Shown piece after piece: positions 1 through 12,268 of a stretch of 64,000 nucleotides of DNA (its first letter is position 1; each line of letters opens with the position of its first letter). A program made the translations under genes and the position numbers. The stretch comes from Macrostomum hystrix (Eukaryota > Animalia > Platyhelminthes), in NCBI GenBank assembly GCA_950097015.1, contig CATNEN010000007.1:5890001-5954000 (forward strand), given 5' to 3'. The notes under the pieces are model-generated. The model ran no database searches. It had not been told where the DNA came from and saw nothing but the letters and a program-made list of their open reading frames with translations.

Positions 1-3000
1 ACTTTCCGCCCGTGCTGCCCTACGTGGGCAATGCCCCTTGCTTGAGCCACGTGCTGATGCTGAAGCGCAACATCTGCTGCTTGAACCTGTCGATGCACTG
101 CAACCACTGCAGCCACCGTTGCGCCAAGGACTACAACTGGGCCAACAGGGGCATCATTGTTTGCGCCGACTTCGCCTCTAACGGCCTCTATAATTTCATC
201 CTGCCATTGCGAGCCCACTGGCTGGCCCGTTCCTCATTGAAGCCGATCGTTCTGCTGCTGGAGCGCCAGCCAGACCGCTACTTCCTGGAGGCCATTTCGC
301 ATTTTCCTTTGGTCTACTGGATGATCGGATCTATTGAAAAGTGAGCGCTTCTGATGATCTTAGAATGACCTTGAGAGATGCTTTACAACGACAGAATTAT
401 AAAATTTTGAATAAGATCCTCATTCGAAATTCAAATGTTGGTAAGGTTAAAAATGATAAATATTTGTAATTTACAATTAATTTGCGTCTCTTACTACTTC
501 TAACCATCTGTCTAATCAGAATAACAACAGAACGCTCCGCATTATAGGGGTGGCTACTTTTGGCCGTTTGGTGTTTTCGAAGTGGGGCATTAGAAAAGAA
601 TTTTTGAACAAAAGAGCCACATGGTTGGCAACAAGCCGCATGCCCGTCTCAAGGAAACTAGTCGATACTATCAATCACATGAGTCAAGGGTCGGCAAACT
701 TCTTGGCTAGCGGGCCAAAAAGAGTACCTAAAAGACGACAGCGGGCCGCATTGACTGTAGAAATATAAGAGAAATATATCAGAGATAGGGGAGAGATGAG
801 ACACGGCAGAGATGAGACAGAGAAGATATGACGGGGAGATGAGACAAGGGAGAGTTGAGACACGGGAGAGATGAGACAAAGGAGAGATGAGACAAAGGAG
901 AGATGAAACAATGGAGAGATAAGGTACGGGAGAGACGAGACAATGACGAGATGAGACACGGGAGAGATGGAGACACGGGAGAGATGGAGACATGGGAGAG
1001 ATGGAGACATGGGAGAGATGGAGACATGGGAGAGATGGAGACACGGGAGAGATGAAACAATGGAGAGATGAGACAAAGGAGAGATGAGACAACGGAGAGA
1101 TGAAACAATGGAGAGATAAGGTACGGGAGAGACGAGACAATGATGAGATGAGACACGGGAGAGATGGAGACACGGGAGAGATGGAGACATGGGAGAGATG
1201 GAGACACGGGAGAGATGGAGACACGGGAGAGATGGAGACACGGGAGAGATGGAGACACGGGAGAGATGGAGACATGGGAGAGATGGAGACATGGGAGAGA
1301 TGGAGACACGGGAGAGATGGAGACACGGGAGAGATGGAGACACGGGAGAGATGGAGACACGGGAGAGATGGAGACATGGGAGAGATGAAACAATGGAGAG
1401 ATGAGACAAAGGAGAGATGAGACACGGGAGAGATGGAGACACGGGAGAGATGGAGACACGGGAGAGATGGAGACACGGGAGAGATGGAGACACGGGAGAG
1501 ATGGAGACATGGGAGAGATGGAGACACGGGAGAGATGGAGACACGGGAGAGACAAGACAATGGAGTGATAAGACACGGGAGAGACGAGACAATGGAGTGA
1601 TAAGACACGGGAGAGACGAGACAATGGAGTGATAAGACACGGGAGAGGTGACACACTGGGGAGTTGAGACAGGAGAAAGATGAAACAGTATACTATAGGT
1701 GTCGGAAGAGGCAACGGGCCGGATTCGGGAGCTCTGAGGGACGCATCTGGCCCGCGGGCCGGAGTTTGCCGACCCCTGACATGGGTCAATAATCCCCTTC
1801 CCATTGACTTTTGTTCTTTCCCAAATGACCCCAATGCTTTTATCCCAGTTCCGCTTTTATGAGACTACCATTCGGGAAGAAACTAATCCGCTATTGACTT
1901 CCTGACAGCGTGGACGACCTGCTGAACGCCGGGATCCTGTACTCGGACAGCGTGGTGATCGTCAACAAGGAGAGCAGCAACTCAGCCGAGGAGGACAGCC
2001 TGGCAGACTGCAACACCATCGTGGCCGTCCAGACCATCTTCAAGCTGTTTCCCAGCGCCAACATCATCACGGAGCTCAGCCAGAGCTCGAACATGCGCTT
2101 CACCCAGTTCAAGGCGGACGACAGCTTCCAGATGTCCATGTCCAAGGTGGAGAAGAAGGAGCGGGAGCGCGGCTCCAACCTGTCCTACATGTTCCGCTTG
2201 GGCTTCGCTGCGGGCACCGTGTTCTCGGCGTCCATGCTGGACACCTTGCTGTACCAAGCCTTCGTGAAGGACTACCTGATTGACTTCGTGCGCCTGCTGC
2301 TGGGCATCGACCAGGCCAGGGGATCAGGGCACCTGGCTTCCGTGAGTGCAGCTAATGCAACTTGGCTTATGTAGCTAATGCAACTTGGCTAATGTAGCTA
2401 ATGCAACTTGGCTAATTTAGCTAATGCAACTTGGCTAATGTAGCTAATGCAACCTGGCTAATGTAGCTAATGCAACTTGGCTAATTTAGCTAATGCAACT
2501 TGGCTAATTTAGCTAATGCAACCTGGCTAATGTAGCTAATGCAACCTGGCTAATGTAGCTAATGCAACTTGGCTAATTTAGCTAATGCAACCTGGCTAAT
2601 GTAGCTAATGCAACTTGGCTAATTTAGCTAATGCAACCTGGCTAATGTAGCTAATGCAACCTGGCTAATGTAGCTAATGCAAACTGGCTAATGTAGCTAA
2701 TGCAACCTGGCTGATGTAGCTAATGCAAACTGGCTAATGTAGCTAATGCAACCTGGCTAATGTAGCTAATGCAACCTGGCTAATGTAGCTAATGCAACCT
2801 GGCTAATGTAGCTAATGCAACCTGGCTAATGTAGCTAATGCAACCTGGCTAATGTAGCTAATGCAACCTGGCTAATGTAGCTAATGCAACCTGGCTAATG
2901 TAGCTAATGCAACCTGGCTAATGTAGCTAATGCAACTTGGCTGTTTCCAGATGGAGATAAGAACGGCCGACTTGTGGATTCGAACCTACGGCCGCCTGTA

Positions 3001-4382
3001 CCAGAAATTGTGCGCCAGCAGCTGTGACATTCCCATCGGCATCTACAAAACATTTGTGCGCTCGGCCGCGCCGAAGCCTGGGGCGAACGACTCAGAGGTG
3101 TGAAATCCTGCGGCATGTGTTAAATGATCATCTTGCCGGATTAGCAAACGGCTTAACTGTCGCGAAACACGATCTAATGAATTATCTAAATTTTGTCACT
3201 TTAAATAATTTAGCAGAGTACTACGAACTAGGTAAATTATGGGGCGAATCAATAGATTATCGGAAACTCAGTGGACTATCGGAAAATCAGTGGTACATCA
3301 GAAACTCAGTGGATTATCGGAAACTCAGTGGACTATCGGAAAATCAGTGGATTATAAAAAACTCTGTGGATTATCGAAAACTCGGTGGATTATCGGAAAA
3401 ACGATAAACAATTAAATTTTTTGTGGTTAGCAGGACTTTAGAGGATTGCTTCTCACCGGATTTTCGGTAGATTCGCAGAATTGCAGGAAAAAACGAATTT
3501 CAGGTTGTCATAGAAACACCAGACGCTGAGCAGCATCAGCTGGCGGAGGCTGCTGCTGCGGCCGAGGCCATGGAGCGGCGAGAGATCGCGCACATGGTGC
3601 GGTACCGCATGGACTACCTGAAGATGGGCCACAAGGACTACGACAGCTCCATGCTGCAGAAAAGGCCGGACAGCGTGTCCTACGTCATCATCAACCCGCC
3701 CTACGACCAGAAGCTGGAGCTGGGCGACATTGTGTGAGCAGCCGCTCTCTGATGGAGACCTTTCACAATGGAGTAGAATGGATTGCTAGTCTATCCCATT
3801 GACACTGGAGTAGGATGGATTGCTAGTCTATCCCATTGACACTGGAGTAGGATGGATTGCTAGCCTATACCATTGACAATCGAGTAGTATGGATTGCTAG
3901 TCTATACCATTGACAATCGTGTAGAATGGATTGCTAGTCTATACTATTGACAATCGTTTAGAATGGATTGCTAGTCTATACCATTGACAATCGAGTAGGA
4001 TGGATTGCTAGCCTATACCATTGACAATCGAGTAGACTGGATTGCTAGCCTATACCATTGACAATCGAGTAGACTGGATTGCTAGCCTATACCATTGTCT
4101 CAGGTCTGAATCGGTCCCGCAAATTTCAGCTTCCTCATCCGGCCTTCCTCCTTGTCGCCGGAGGCGAGCCCGCTGATCGGCCAGCGGCGCGGCTCCACCG
4201 ACTCGCGGGCGTCCTTCGCCTCGGCTGTGAACGCCTTCAGTTCGGCGTTCGGCGAGAAGCAGCAGACCACCCCGATTATTCACTCGGAGCCGGCATTCGC
4301 TGACAAGTCCAAGAGTGTCGGCGGTGGCGGTGGCGGAGGCAACAGTGACAACAACACTTTCTACCTAAGCAAGGGCGACTGA
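1..4382 (+). CDS. slo-2: Slo2/KCNT (Slack/Slick-type) potassium channel, 3' part (RCK2 region and C-terminus); 5' end lies outside the window
   Basis: GT-AG exons join in frame: <1-340, 1909-2341, 2951-3097, 3504-3733, 4130-4382 (TGA). KCNT-family motifs: [110 protein letters not shown]. Confidence 0.93.
685..1778. mobile_element. Non-autonomous hAT-like DNA transposon (MITE-like) in a KCNT intron, with an internal minisatellite
   Basis: Left end CAAGGGTCGGCAAACT (685) matches the reverse complement of the right end AGTTTGCCGACCCCTG (ends 1778) at 15/16 positions. Flanking 8-bp duplication ACATGAGT (677-684) / ACATGGGT (1779-1786). 8-bp TSDs and CAGGG termini are typical of hAT/Charlie elements. 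No transposase ORF. Confidence 0.8.
790..1650. repeat. Purine-rich minisatellite, ~17-bp core GGAGAGATGGAGACACG, with variant blocks
   Basis: Tandem units read directly; they generate the spurious repetitive ORFs at 658-1834. Confidence 0.95.
2350..2942. repeat. 23-bp intronic minisatellite GCTAATGCAACCTGGCTAATGTA (~25 copies)
   Basis: Fills almost all of KCNT intron 2342-2950. Confidence 0.95.
3255..3400. repeat. Degenerate ~19-20-bp tandem repeat (GGATTATCGGAAACTCAGT)
   Basis: About 7 imperfect copies in KCNT intron 3098-3503. Confidence 0.8.
3765..4097. repeat. ~37-38-bp intronic minisatellite (GGATTGCTAGTCTATACCATTGACAATCGAGTAGGAT)
   Basis: About 9 copies in the last KCNT intron, 3734-4129. 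Confidence 0.9.
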
Positions 4383-4532
4383 AATTTGACTGCGAGAACC
4401 GCAGTGATCTACCTGTCTATCAATTGATCTATCAAACCTAAAGGGGAAACCTTTGAATATTACTGTACTTTCTCTTGTTAACGTTTTACATTTGTGAAAG
4501 TTGTGCGATTTCGTTTAAAGACATTTTCTGTG

Positions 4533-5175
4533 CATGCTACTGGACCGCATCATTGTGTCTCTGTGCGATGCTACTGGACCGCATCATTGTGTGTCTGTGG
4601 GATGCTACTGGACCGCATCATTGTGTCTCTGTGCGATGCTACTGGACCGCATCATTGTGTCTCTGTGCGATGCTACTGGACCGCATCATTGTGTCTCTGT
4701 GCGATGCTACTGGACCGCATCATTGTGTCTCTGTGGGATGCTACTGGACCGCATCATTGTGTCTCTGTGCGATGCTACTGGACCGCATCATTGTGTCTCT
4801 GTGCGATGCTACTGGACCGCATCATTGTGTCGCTGTGCGATGCTACTGGACCGCATCATTGTGTCTCTGTGCGATGCTACTGGACCGCATCATTGTGTCT
4901 CTGTGGGATGCTACTGGACCGCATCATTGTGTCTCTGTGCGATGCTACTGGACCGCATCATTGTGTCTCTGTGCGATGCTACTGGACCGCATCATTGTGT
5001 CGCTGTGCGATGCTACTGGACCGCATCATTGTGTCTCTGTGCGATGCTACTGGACCGCATCATTGTGTCTCTGTGGGATGCTACTGGACCGCATCATTGT
5101 GTCTCTGTGCGATGCTACTGGACCGCATCATTGTGTCGCTGTGCGATGCTACTGGACCGCATCATTGTGTCTCTG
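4533..5175. repeat. 34-bp minisatellite GATGCTACTGGACCGCATCATTGTGTCTCTGTGC (~19 copies) just downstream of the KCNT stop
   Basis: Tandem units read directly; no unique spacers. Confidence 0.95.
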
Positions 5176-5627
5176 CATTAGATTTTTGTTCTGCCATCTC
5201 AAATATATCCCCTAACGTTTTTTGCTTTAATTTGACGTAATCTTTTGATATAAAATTATAAAATGCTTTTAAAGAAAAAACACTTTCCTGGTCTGAAGTG
5301 CTTCTCCGCCCGAAACAAATTGTGCTAGTCATTCTCCGTGAACCTTGCTAGTCTAGGTTTTTTATTAAATTCAATTTTAATGTTCTATAACTATTGCATT
5401 GTGCAGCACTATTGTATCCACCAACAGATTATCCTGCTAGAGGGGGCAACACTTTAAATTTTAGGCCATACTGCCTGATTATAATATTTTCAATAAATAT
5501 AAAACTTTCTTGCACACTCGCTTGAAACACGCAAAAGTACACAGCCAAGCGAAACATCGCCCTAATACCTGGGCCTCATGACTCTTGATCAACTGTTGTA
5601 GCTTTAGCTACAGCTATATGCAAGTAT

Positions 5628-7192
5628 GTAGCTGCAACCACAATACCCTGGCTGTAGCCGTAGCTGCAACCAACAATACCCTGGCTGTAGCCGTAGCTGC
5701 AACCAACAATACCCTGGCTGTAGCCGTAGCAGCAACCACAATACCCTGGCTGTAGCCGTAGCAGCAACCACAATACCCTGGCTGTAGCCGTAGCAGCAAC
5801 CACAATACCCTGGCTGTAGCCGTAGCTGCAACCAACAATACCCTGGCTGTAGCCGTAGCAGCAACCACAATACCCTGGCTGTAGCCGTAGCAGCAACCAA
5901 CAATACCCTGGCTGTAGCCGTAGCTGCAACCAACAATACCCTGGCTGTAGCCGTAGCTGCAACCAACAATACCCTGGCTGTAGCCGTAGCAGCAACCACA
6001 ATACCCTGGCTGTAGCCGTAGCAGCAACCACAATACCCTGGCTGTAGCCGTAGCAGCAACCACAATACCCTGGCTGTAGCTGTAGCAGCAACCACAATAC
6101 CCTGGCTGTAGCCGTAGCAGCAACCACAATACCCTGGCTGTAGCCGTAGCTGCAACCAACAATGCCCTGGCTGTAGCCGTAGCAGCAACCACAATACCCT
6201 GGCTGTAGCCGTAGCAGCAACCAACAATACCCTGGCTGTAGCCGTAGCTGCAACCAACAATACCCTGGCTGTAGCCGTAGCTGCAACCAACAATACCCTG
6301 GCTGTAGCCGTAGCAGCAACCACAATACCCTGGCTGTAGCCGTAGCAGCAACCACAATACCCTGGCTGTAGCCGTAGCAGCAACCACAATACCCTGGCTG
6401 TAGCCGTAGCAGCAACCACAATACCCTGGCTGTAGCCGTAGCAGCAACCACAATACCCTGGCTGTAGCCGTAGCAGCAACCACAATACCCTGGCTGTAGC
6501 GTAGCAGCAACCACAATACCCTGGCTGTAGCCGTAGCAGCAACCACAATACCCTGGCTGTAGCCGTAGCAGCAACCAACAATACCCTGGCTGTAGCCGTA
6601 GCAGCAACCACAATACCCTGGCTGTAGCCGTAGCAGCAACCACAATACCCTGGCTGTAGCGTAGCTGCAACCACAATACCCTGGCTGTAGCCGTAGCAGC
6701 AACCACAATACCCTGGCTGTAGCCGTAGCAGCAACCACAATACCCTGGCTGTAGCGTAGCAGCAACCACAATACCCTGGCTGTAGCCGTAGCAGCAACCA
6801 CAATACCCTGGCTGTAGCCGTAGCAGCAACCACAATACCCTGGCTGTAGCGTAGCAGCAACCACAATACCCTGGCTGTAGCCGTAGCAGCAACCACAATA
6901 CCCTGGCTGTAGCCGTAGCAGCAACCACAATACCCTGGCTGTAGCCGTAGCAGCAACCACAATACCCTGGCTGTAGCCGTAGCAGCAACCACAATACCCT
7001 GGCTGTAGCCGTAGCAGCAACCACAATACCCTGGCTGTAGCGTAGCAGCAACCACAATACCCTGGCTGTAGCCGTAGCAGCAACCACAATACCCTGGCTG
7101 TAGCGTAGCTGCAACCACAATACCCTGGCTGTAGCCGTAGCAGCAACCACAATACCCTGGCTGTAGCGTAGCTGCAACCACAATACCGTAGC
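5628..7192. repeat. 31-33-bp minisatellite GTAGCAGCAACCACAATACCCTGGCTGTAGCC (~49 copies)
   Basis: Tandem units with 1-bp indel variants, between the convergent KCNT and CABIT-like genes. Confidence 0.95.
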
Positions 7193-7614
7193 CATAACAA
7201 AACGCATCGTAACGAACCTTCAAAAAGTTTCTATCGTTAAACACGCACTTGTTTAGCCCGTGGGTGAAATCAATTGACAACATTTGCTTTGTCAATCAAT
7301 ACATGAATGTGTGTATTATACAATGTTTATAGTTGATTGTCAACACCAGTACAAATAAATGGAAAACAGTAACAAAATTAATAATAAAGAGAAGTTTGCA
7401 GGAAGCGCGGCTGTAAGCTATTGAATAGAATGGGTGAGAAACTCCGAGAGAGTTGCGAGTGGGTCAGCAGCGCTCACTGAATATAGATAAAGATGCGAAA
7501 CTCAAAATACGCTCTGTTTAGTTCAGTTAAAGCCGCCAATATCGCAACGCAGCAGAAAAACTCGCAGAAAGCAGAAGTCAGGCGAAAGACACTCAGCCAG
7601 GCACAATGCTCCCC

Positions 7615-9192
7615 TCAGAAGCGACCGGCGCCGCCTCCGCCGCTGGCGCCGATGCCGCGACTTCGTTGAACCAGGGGTGAAGCGACAGCCCTACGCAGCG
7701 GTAGAGGCGGCGGTGGCGGCGATGGGGGCGGAGGCGGCAGCGGCGACAGGAGCGACGGCAGCAGGGGACCGTGACTGTCGCGCGGTAACAGCTCCTGCGG
7801 CATTTGGCCGGTTCGGACGTAGCAGTAGATGTCTTCCACCTCATCCAGCAGCTCGTGGATGTTTGCGGCCGGCGGCGATACAGGAGTCAGCAGCTGCGGC
7901 GGCAGCGGCGGAGACACCGGATTGAGGGGCAATTGTGGCAGCGGCACTGTTGGCAGCGGAGGCGGCGCTGCGGATGTGTCGCCCAGCCGTTCGGTGAGGT
8001 GCCTCAGCGACCCTGCTGGATGACAGGCGCGCAGAAACTGCTCGGAGCGGGCCCAGTGCCGCTGCAGCTGCCGCCGGTGGCGCCGCAGGCTGGGCGGGCC
8101 AGCACGGAACGCGTGTCCGTCGTCCAGCATCTCGGGCGTCACCACCAGAAGCCGGTCCGGGTCGGACAGGCTGGCGAAGAACAGCAGGCGTCCGCTCGCC
8201 AAGCCGTTCAGTCGGAGGCCTCGGCGGCCGCCAGTGGGCAGCCAAGGCAGCGGCGGCCGGCCCGGCGGCACCGGCCGGACGCTCAGAGGAAGCCGGAGAC
8301 GGTCTAGCAAAGAGCGCAGCTGCTGCACCCCTGAGATGCCGTCTGGCCCGGCCACTGGACTGGCGCAGCAGCGGTCGGCGAGGCTCAGAAACACCGGCCG
8401 GCCACCTGAACGTCTGTCCTGGCACTTCAACAGAGCCAGCTGGCGGTACCCTCCTCGTTTTTTAATTGGATAGCGACCGCTCTCCACGAAGGTCAGCACT
8501 GTGCCGGCCCGGAGCAGGCCGCCCGGCTCAACCCAGTCCGTGCTGCTGCTGAGGCCACCGCTAGCGACGCCGCCGCCGCTGCTGCTGCCGCCGCCGCTAC
8601 CGCTGGCTCCGCTATCGGCGTCGCCGCCTCCGGCAACGCCGGGGCCGCAGCTTAGCCAGCATTTCTGGTCGCGCCTGAGGAAGAGCGCTTTCGGCGCCGC
8701 CTTCGCCACCTCCTTGACGCTGGTCCAGGGCGGGGCGGCATCGCCGCTCTCGTTCAGTAGCTCCAGCCAGGCCGGGTGCCGGTCCGTCAGGGCCAGCTGC
8801 ACGCCGCCCTCCAGCTGCTCCTTGGCGGCACCGCGGCCCAGCTTGGTCCACGCGCCCATCACCAGGCGGACATCCTGCACCGCCCGCAGCATCAGCGTCT
8901 CCTGGTTGCTGAGGCCGCACGGGCAGCGGTCGCGCTGGCAGCGAATGCTCACCAGAAGCCCACCCGCTCCAGCGCTTTGGGAGTCGGATGCCGCCTCTGC
9001 TGATCCCGCCGCCTCCAGCTCCGCGGCCGCCTCAAGCTCAGCATCGACTTCTGAGGCGGCCGCGGCGGCGATTTCCAGCAGCTGGGAGGCGCTGTCGGTT
9101 TCTCGTTGCCATGACAACGGGGGCTGTTCCGGCACCTGCCCCTTTGAGCCTCTGCCGCTGCCGGCCACCGGAGTTCCCTTTGTTGACGGCAT
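7615..9192 (-). CDS. CABIT-domain-like (GAREM/THEMIS/Serrano-type) adaptor protein with proline-rich C-terminus, 525 aa, single coding exon
   Basis: ATG-started GC-rich ORF. Segments resembling CABIT proteins: WLELLNESGDAAPPWTSVKEVAKAAPKALFLRRD, LLRAGTVLTFV, LLKCQD..VFLSL, LRSLLDRLRLPLSVRPV. Followed by poly-Pro tracts and EDIYCYV. Family call from recalled motifs. Confidence 0.65.
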   Translation of the reverse strand: MPSTKGTPVAGSGRGSKGQVPEQPPLSWQRETDSASQLLEIAAAAASEVDAELEAAAELEAAGSAEAASDSQSAGAGGLLVSIRCQRDRCPCGLSNQETLMLRAVQDVRLVMGAWTKLGRGAAKEQLEGGVQLALTDRHPAWLELLNESGDAAPPWTSVKEVAKAAPKALFLRRDQKCWLSCGPGVAGGGDADSGASGSGGGSSSGGGVASGGLSSSTDWVEPGGLLRAGTVLTFVESGRYPIKKRGGYRQLALLKCQDRRSGGRPVFLSLADRCCASPVAGPDGISGVQQLRSLLDRLRLPLSVRPVPPGRPPLPWLPTGGRRGLRLNGLASGRLLFFASLSDPDRLLVVTPEMLDDGHAFRAGPPSLRRHRRQLQRHWARSEQFLRACHPAGSLRHLTERLGDTSAAPPPLPTVPLPQLPLNPVSPPLPPQLLTPVSPPAANIHELLDEVEDIYCYVRTGQMPQELLPRDSHGPLLPSLLSPLPPPPPSPPPPPLPLRRAVASPLVQRSRGIGASGGGGAGRF

Positions 9193-10451
9193 TCGAAAGT
9201 CCGCCAGCGGATTGTCAGCGTGGACTGTTTCTGTCGGTGATCAACAAGAAGGGCTGCCTCATAAAACAGGCAATAAAACTGCAAAGGTCCGCGACTGGAA
9301 AAAAAACATCGGCAGCCGCCCCAGACTGGGAAGTTTCTAATCGCCCGGTGCGCACTGGGAGGGATAAAATATCCTCAGAGGCTGGAGGAGAGGTGGAATA
9401 TCAAGGGGTTCTGCTAGAATCCTCACTGCCTGTTCACAGGGAGTGACTGGAGGTCATGCGCCTCGGTGCAGCCAGCGAGGAGTGAACATTGGGAAGGGCG
9501 AGTGCATTTTCCTACAGCTGAAATGAACCAGCGAATCCCATTGGCTTTCGCCGATTCCGTTACTCCTATTGGTTATTGCACAGGCGCTGACTCATCCACC
9601 GCTACCGGCTTTGGCTCGGACCGCTTGGCAGAGGGGCAGAGAAAAACAAAACGATTCGACAGCGAATTCAAGTGTCGCAGCTGTACGCAGGCAAATGCGA
9701 GCGATGTGCATCGGTTTCTGGCTGGTGTAAACATCCCACGCTCCACTGGGCGCAGTTGCAGCAGTTCTTGGCGCACAAAAATGCCACAGCCGGTCGCTGG
9801 CACTGCAAGTGCGGGCTGGGGGGCAGCCAGACAGAAGCTCGAGGCAAAGCGAATCGTGGGGAAGGGGAGACGGTGGAGGCTTTTGCAATGCGGCCAGACC
9901 CTGTTGCCATCGTTGTTCAGGTAATTCCCATTGAACTGCATATTTTTCCCAAGCTAGGAGCTTGTCCTACCCCAAGCAGACAGCGGTGGGAGGGAGCAAA
10001 TTTCACCGTTGCTGTCACTGAAATGGCGAATGAGCAACTTGCATGGAAGCAGCTACAGGGGGCAGTGCACTCTATCAGTTCATGCGCAGGACTTTAGGGC
10101 TATGAATCTGCAATATTTCAAATTTTCTTTGTTCACCGTTCTATCAAAAACTATGGACTCTTGGGTACTGGTTGAAAAAATCCCTCACAGCGAATTTTCG
10201 GCACCTTTTCCAGGTCCCCCAATTATCTCTTGCAGAAATAATTCCACCATCCTTCAATCACCCGTTCCATTGCGCAAAATCGACGTGTTCACGGGTTCCG
10301 TTACACGCACTGGAAATGTTGATTGCGAAATTGCGCCAGTTGCGCTTGTCTAGGAATGGCGAATGGCTGCCGGGTTGACTTTTCTAGGAAACTAATGTAA
10401 TGACATTATTGGCGAGAGGGAATTCATCCATGATAGACCGGGGTTATGTGG

Positions 10452-11322
10452 AGACTGAAGGACTGGAGGGTGCGATGACTGAAGGACTGGATGATGCGGT
10501 GACTGAAGGACTGGATGATGCGGTGACTGAAGGACTGGATGATGCGGTGACTGAAGGACTGGATGATGCGGTGACTGAAGGACTGGATGATGCGGTGACT
10601 GAAGGACTGGGTGATGCGGTGACTGAAGGGCTGGGTGATGCGGTGACTGAAGGACTGGAGGATGCGGTGACTGAAGGACTTGAGGGTGCGGTGACTGAAG
10701 GACTGGAGGGTGTGGTGACTGAAGGACTGGAGGATGCGGTGACTGAAGGACTGGATGATGCGGTGACTGAAGGACTGGAGGGTGCGGTGACTGAAGGACT
10801 GGAGGGTGTGGTGACTGAAGGACTGGAGGATGCGGTGACTGAAGGACTGGAGGATGCGGTGACTGAAGGACTGGAGGGTGTGGTGACTGAAGGACTGGAG
10901 GATGCAGTGACTGAAGGACTGGAGGATGCGGTGACTGAAGGACTGGATGATGCGGTGACTGAAGGACTGGAGGGTGCGGTGACTGAAGGACTGGAGGGTG
11001 TGGTGACTGAAGGACTGGAGGATGCGGTGACTGAAGGACTGGATGATGCAGTGACTGAAGGACTGGATGATGCGGTGACTGAAGGACTGGGTGATGCGGT
11101 GACTGAAGGACTGGAGGGTGTGGTGACTGAAGGACTGGATGATGCGGTGACTGAAGGACTGGATGATGCGGTGACTGAAGGACTGGATAGTGTGGTGGCT
11201 GAAGGACTGGGTGATGCGGTGACTGAAGGACTGGATGGTGTGGTGGCTGAAGGACTGGGTGATGCGGTGACTGAAGGACTGGATGGTGTGGTGGCTGAAG
11301 GACTGGATGGTGTGGTGGCTGA
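10452..11322. repeat. 24-bp minisatellite GTGACTGAAGGACTGGATGATGCG (~36 copies)
   Basis: Tandem units; an in-frame (VTEGLDDA)n ORF is a by-product of the 24-bp period. Confidence 0.93.
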
Positions 11323-11869
11323 ATATGGATGGTGTCGTGACTTTTACTTTTATATCAGCAGTAGTTTTTATCTATATTACATTGGTTTGCAATAACGTTA
11401 AAAAGTAATTTATCCCAAAACATGTCCCCTACTCTGCCTTGCTCTTCCAATGCGCCTATTCCTTTGGTTGCCACCCGGTTCTCTCAAACATCGGCTGTCC
11501 GTTTCTCTCCCAGCATCTTCTTATCTATCCCTGTGGTACAGCCATGAGCGGGGTCTGCCCTGTCTTACCCGTGGTCTCTAATTGCATTGGGATTCTCTCC
11601 TCGGTCTGTTTATTTTCTGTCTCGGCGTCAAAGTGTTTCGCTCCATCTTTCCAGGCCATTGCGCGCCTGCGCCAAATCTCTGACAGGCTTTTCTCGCAGG
11701 TGATTTGCCAGTGGCTTCATCGCCAACGCGGGCGCCGAAGTTCTTATGCGCTCTAGAAGCTCTCAAGCCTGTAAATCTTTCCAGTTCTAGGGCGAAAACT
11801 GTCACTGGAAACTTGGAAACTGCTTTTACCACTTTGTAAGCTTTTTCTCGAGGGGTTGGTCAGTGATTT

Positions 11870-12268
11870 GTGAGAATTGGGAATCCATGATTAGGATCTA
11901 TTGGGAATCCATCATTGGAGAGAATTGGGAATCCATGATTAGGATCTATTGGGAATCCATCATTGGAGAGAATTGGGAATCCATGATTAGGATCTATTGG
12001 GAATCCATGATGAGGATCTATTGGGAATCCATCATTGGAGAGAATTGGGAATCCATCATTGGAGAGAATTGGGAATCCATGATTAGGATTTATTGGGAAT
12101 CCATCATTAGAGAGAATTGGGAATCCATGATTAGGATTTATTGGGAATCCATCATTAGAGAGAATTGGCAATACATGATTAGGATTTATTGGGAATCCAT
12201 CATTAGAGAGAATTGGCAATACATGATTAGAGAGAATTGGGAATCCAAGATTAGGGAGAATCTGGAAT
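11870..12268. repeat. Compound ~24-bp tandem repeat (GGGAATCCATGATTAGGATCTATT / GGGAATCCATCATTGGAGAGAATT)
   Basis: Two related units alternate. Confidence 0.9.

Noticed and set aside
658-1834. Long Ser/Pro/Cys-rich ORFs on the minus strand
   Set aside because: Open in all three frames of a stop-poor minisatellite inside a KCNT intron.
4533-7192. CRISPR-like arrays (32-34-bp repeats)
   Set aside because: Units are head-to-tail with no unique spacers, there are no cas genes, and the context is eukaryotic.
5576-7295. 500+ aa ORFs (GYCGCCYG / AATATARV repeats)
   Set aside because: Translations of a 31-33-bp repeat with frame-shifting indels; all three frames are open.
10400-11395. Acidic (VTEGLDDA)n 331-aa protein
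   Set aside because: Explained by the 24-bp period, with no signal peptide or unique domain. Coding cannot be fully excluded without RNA data.
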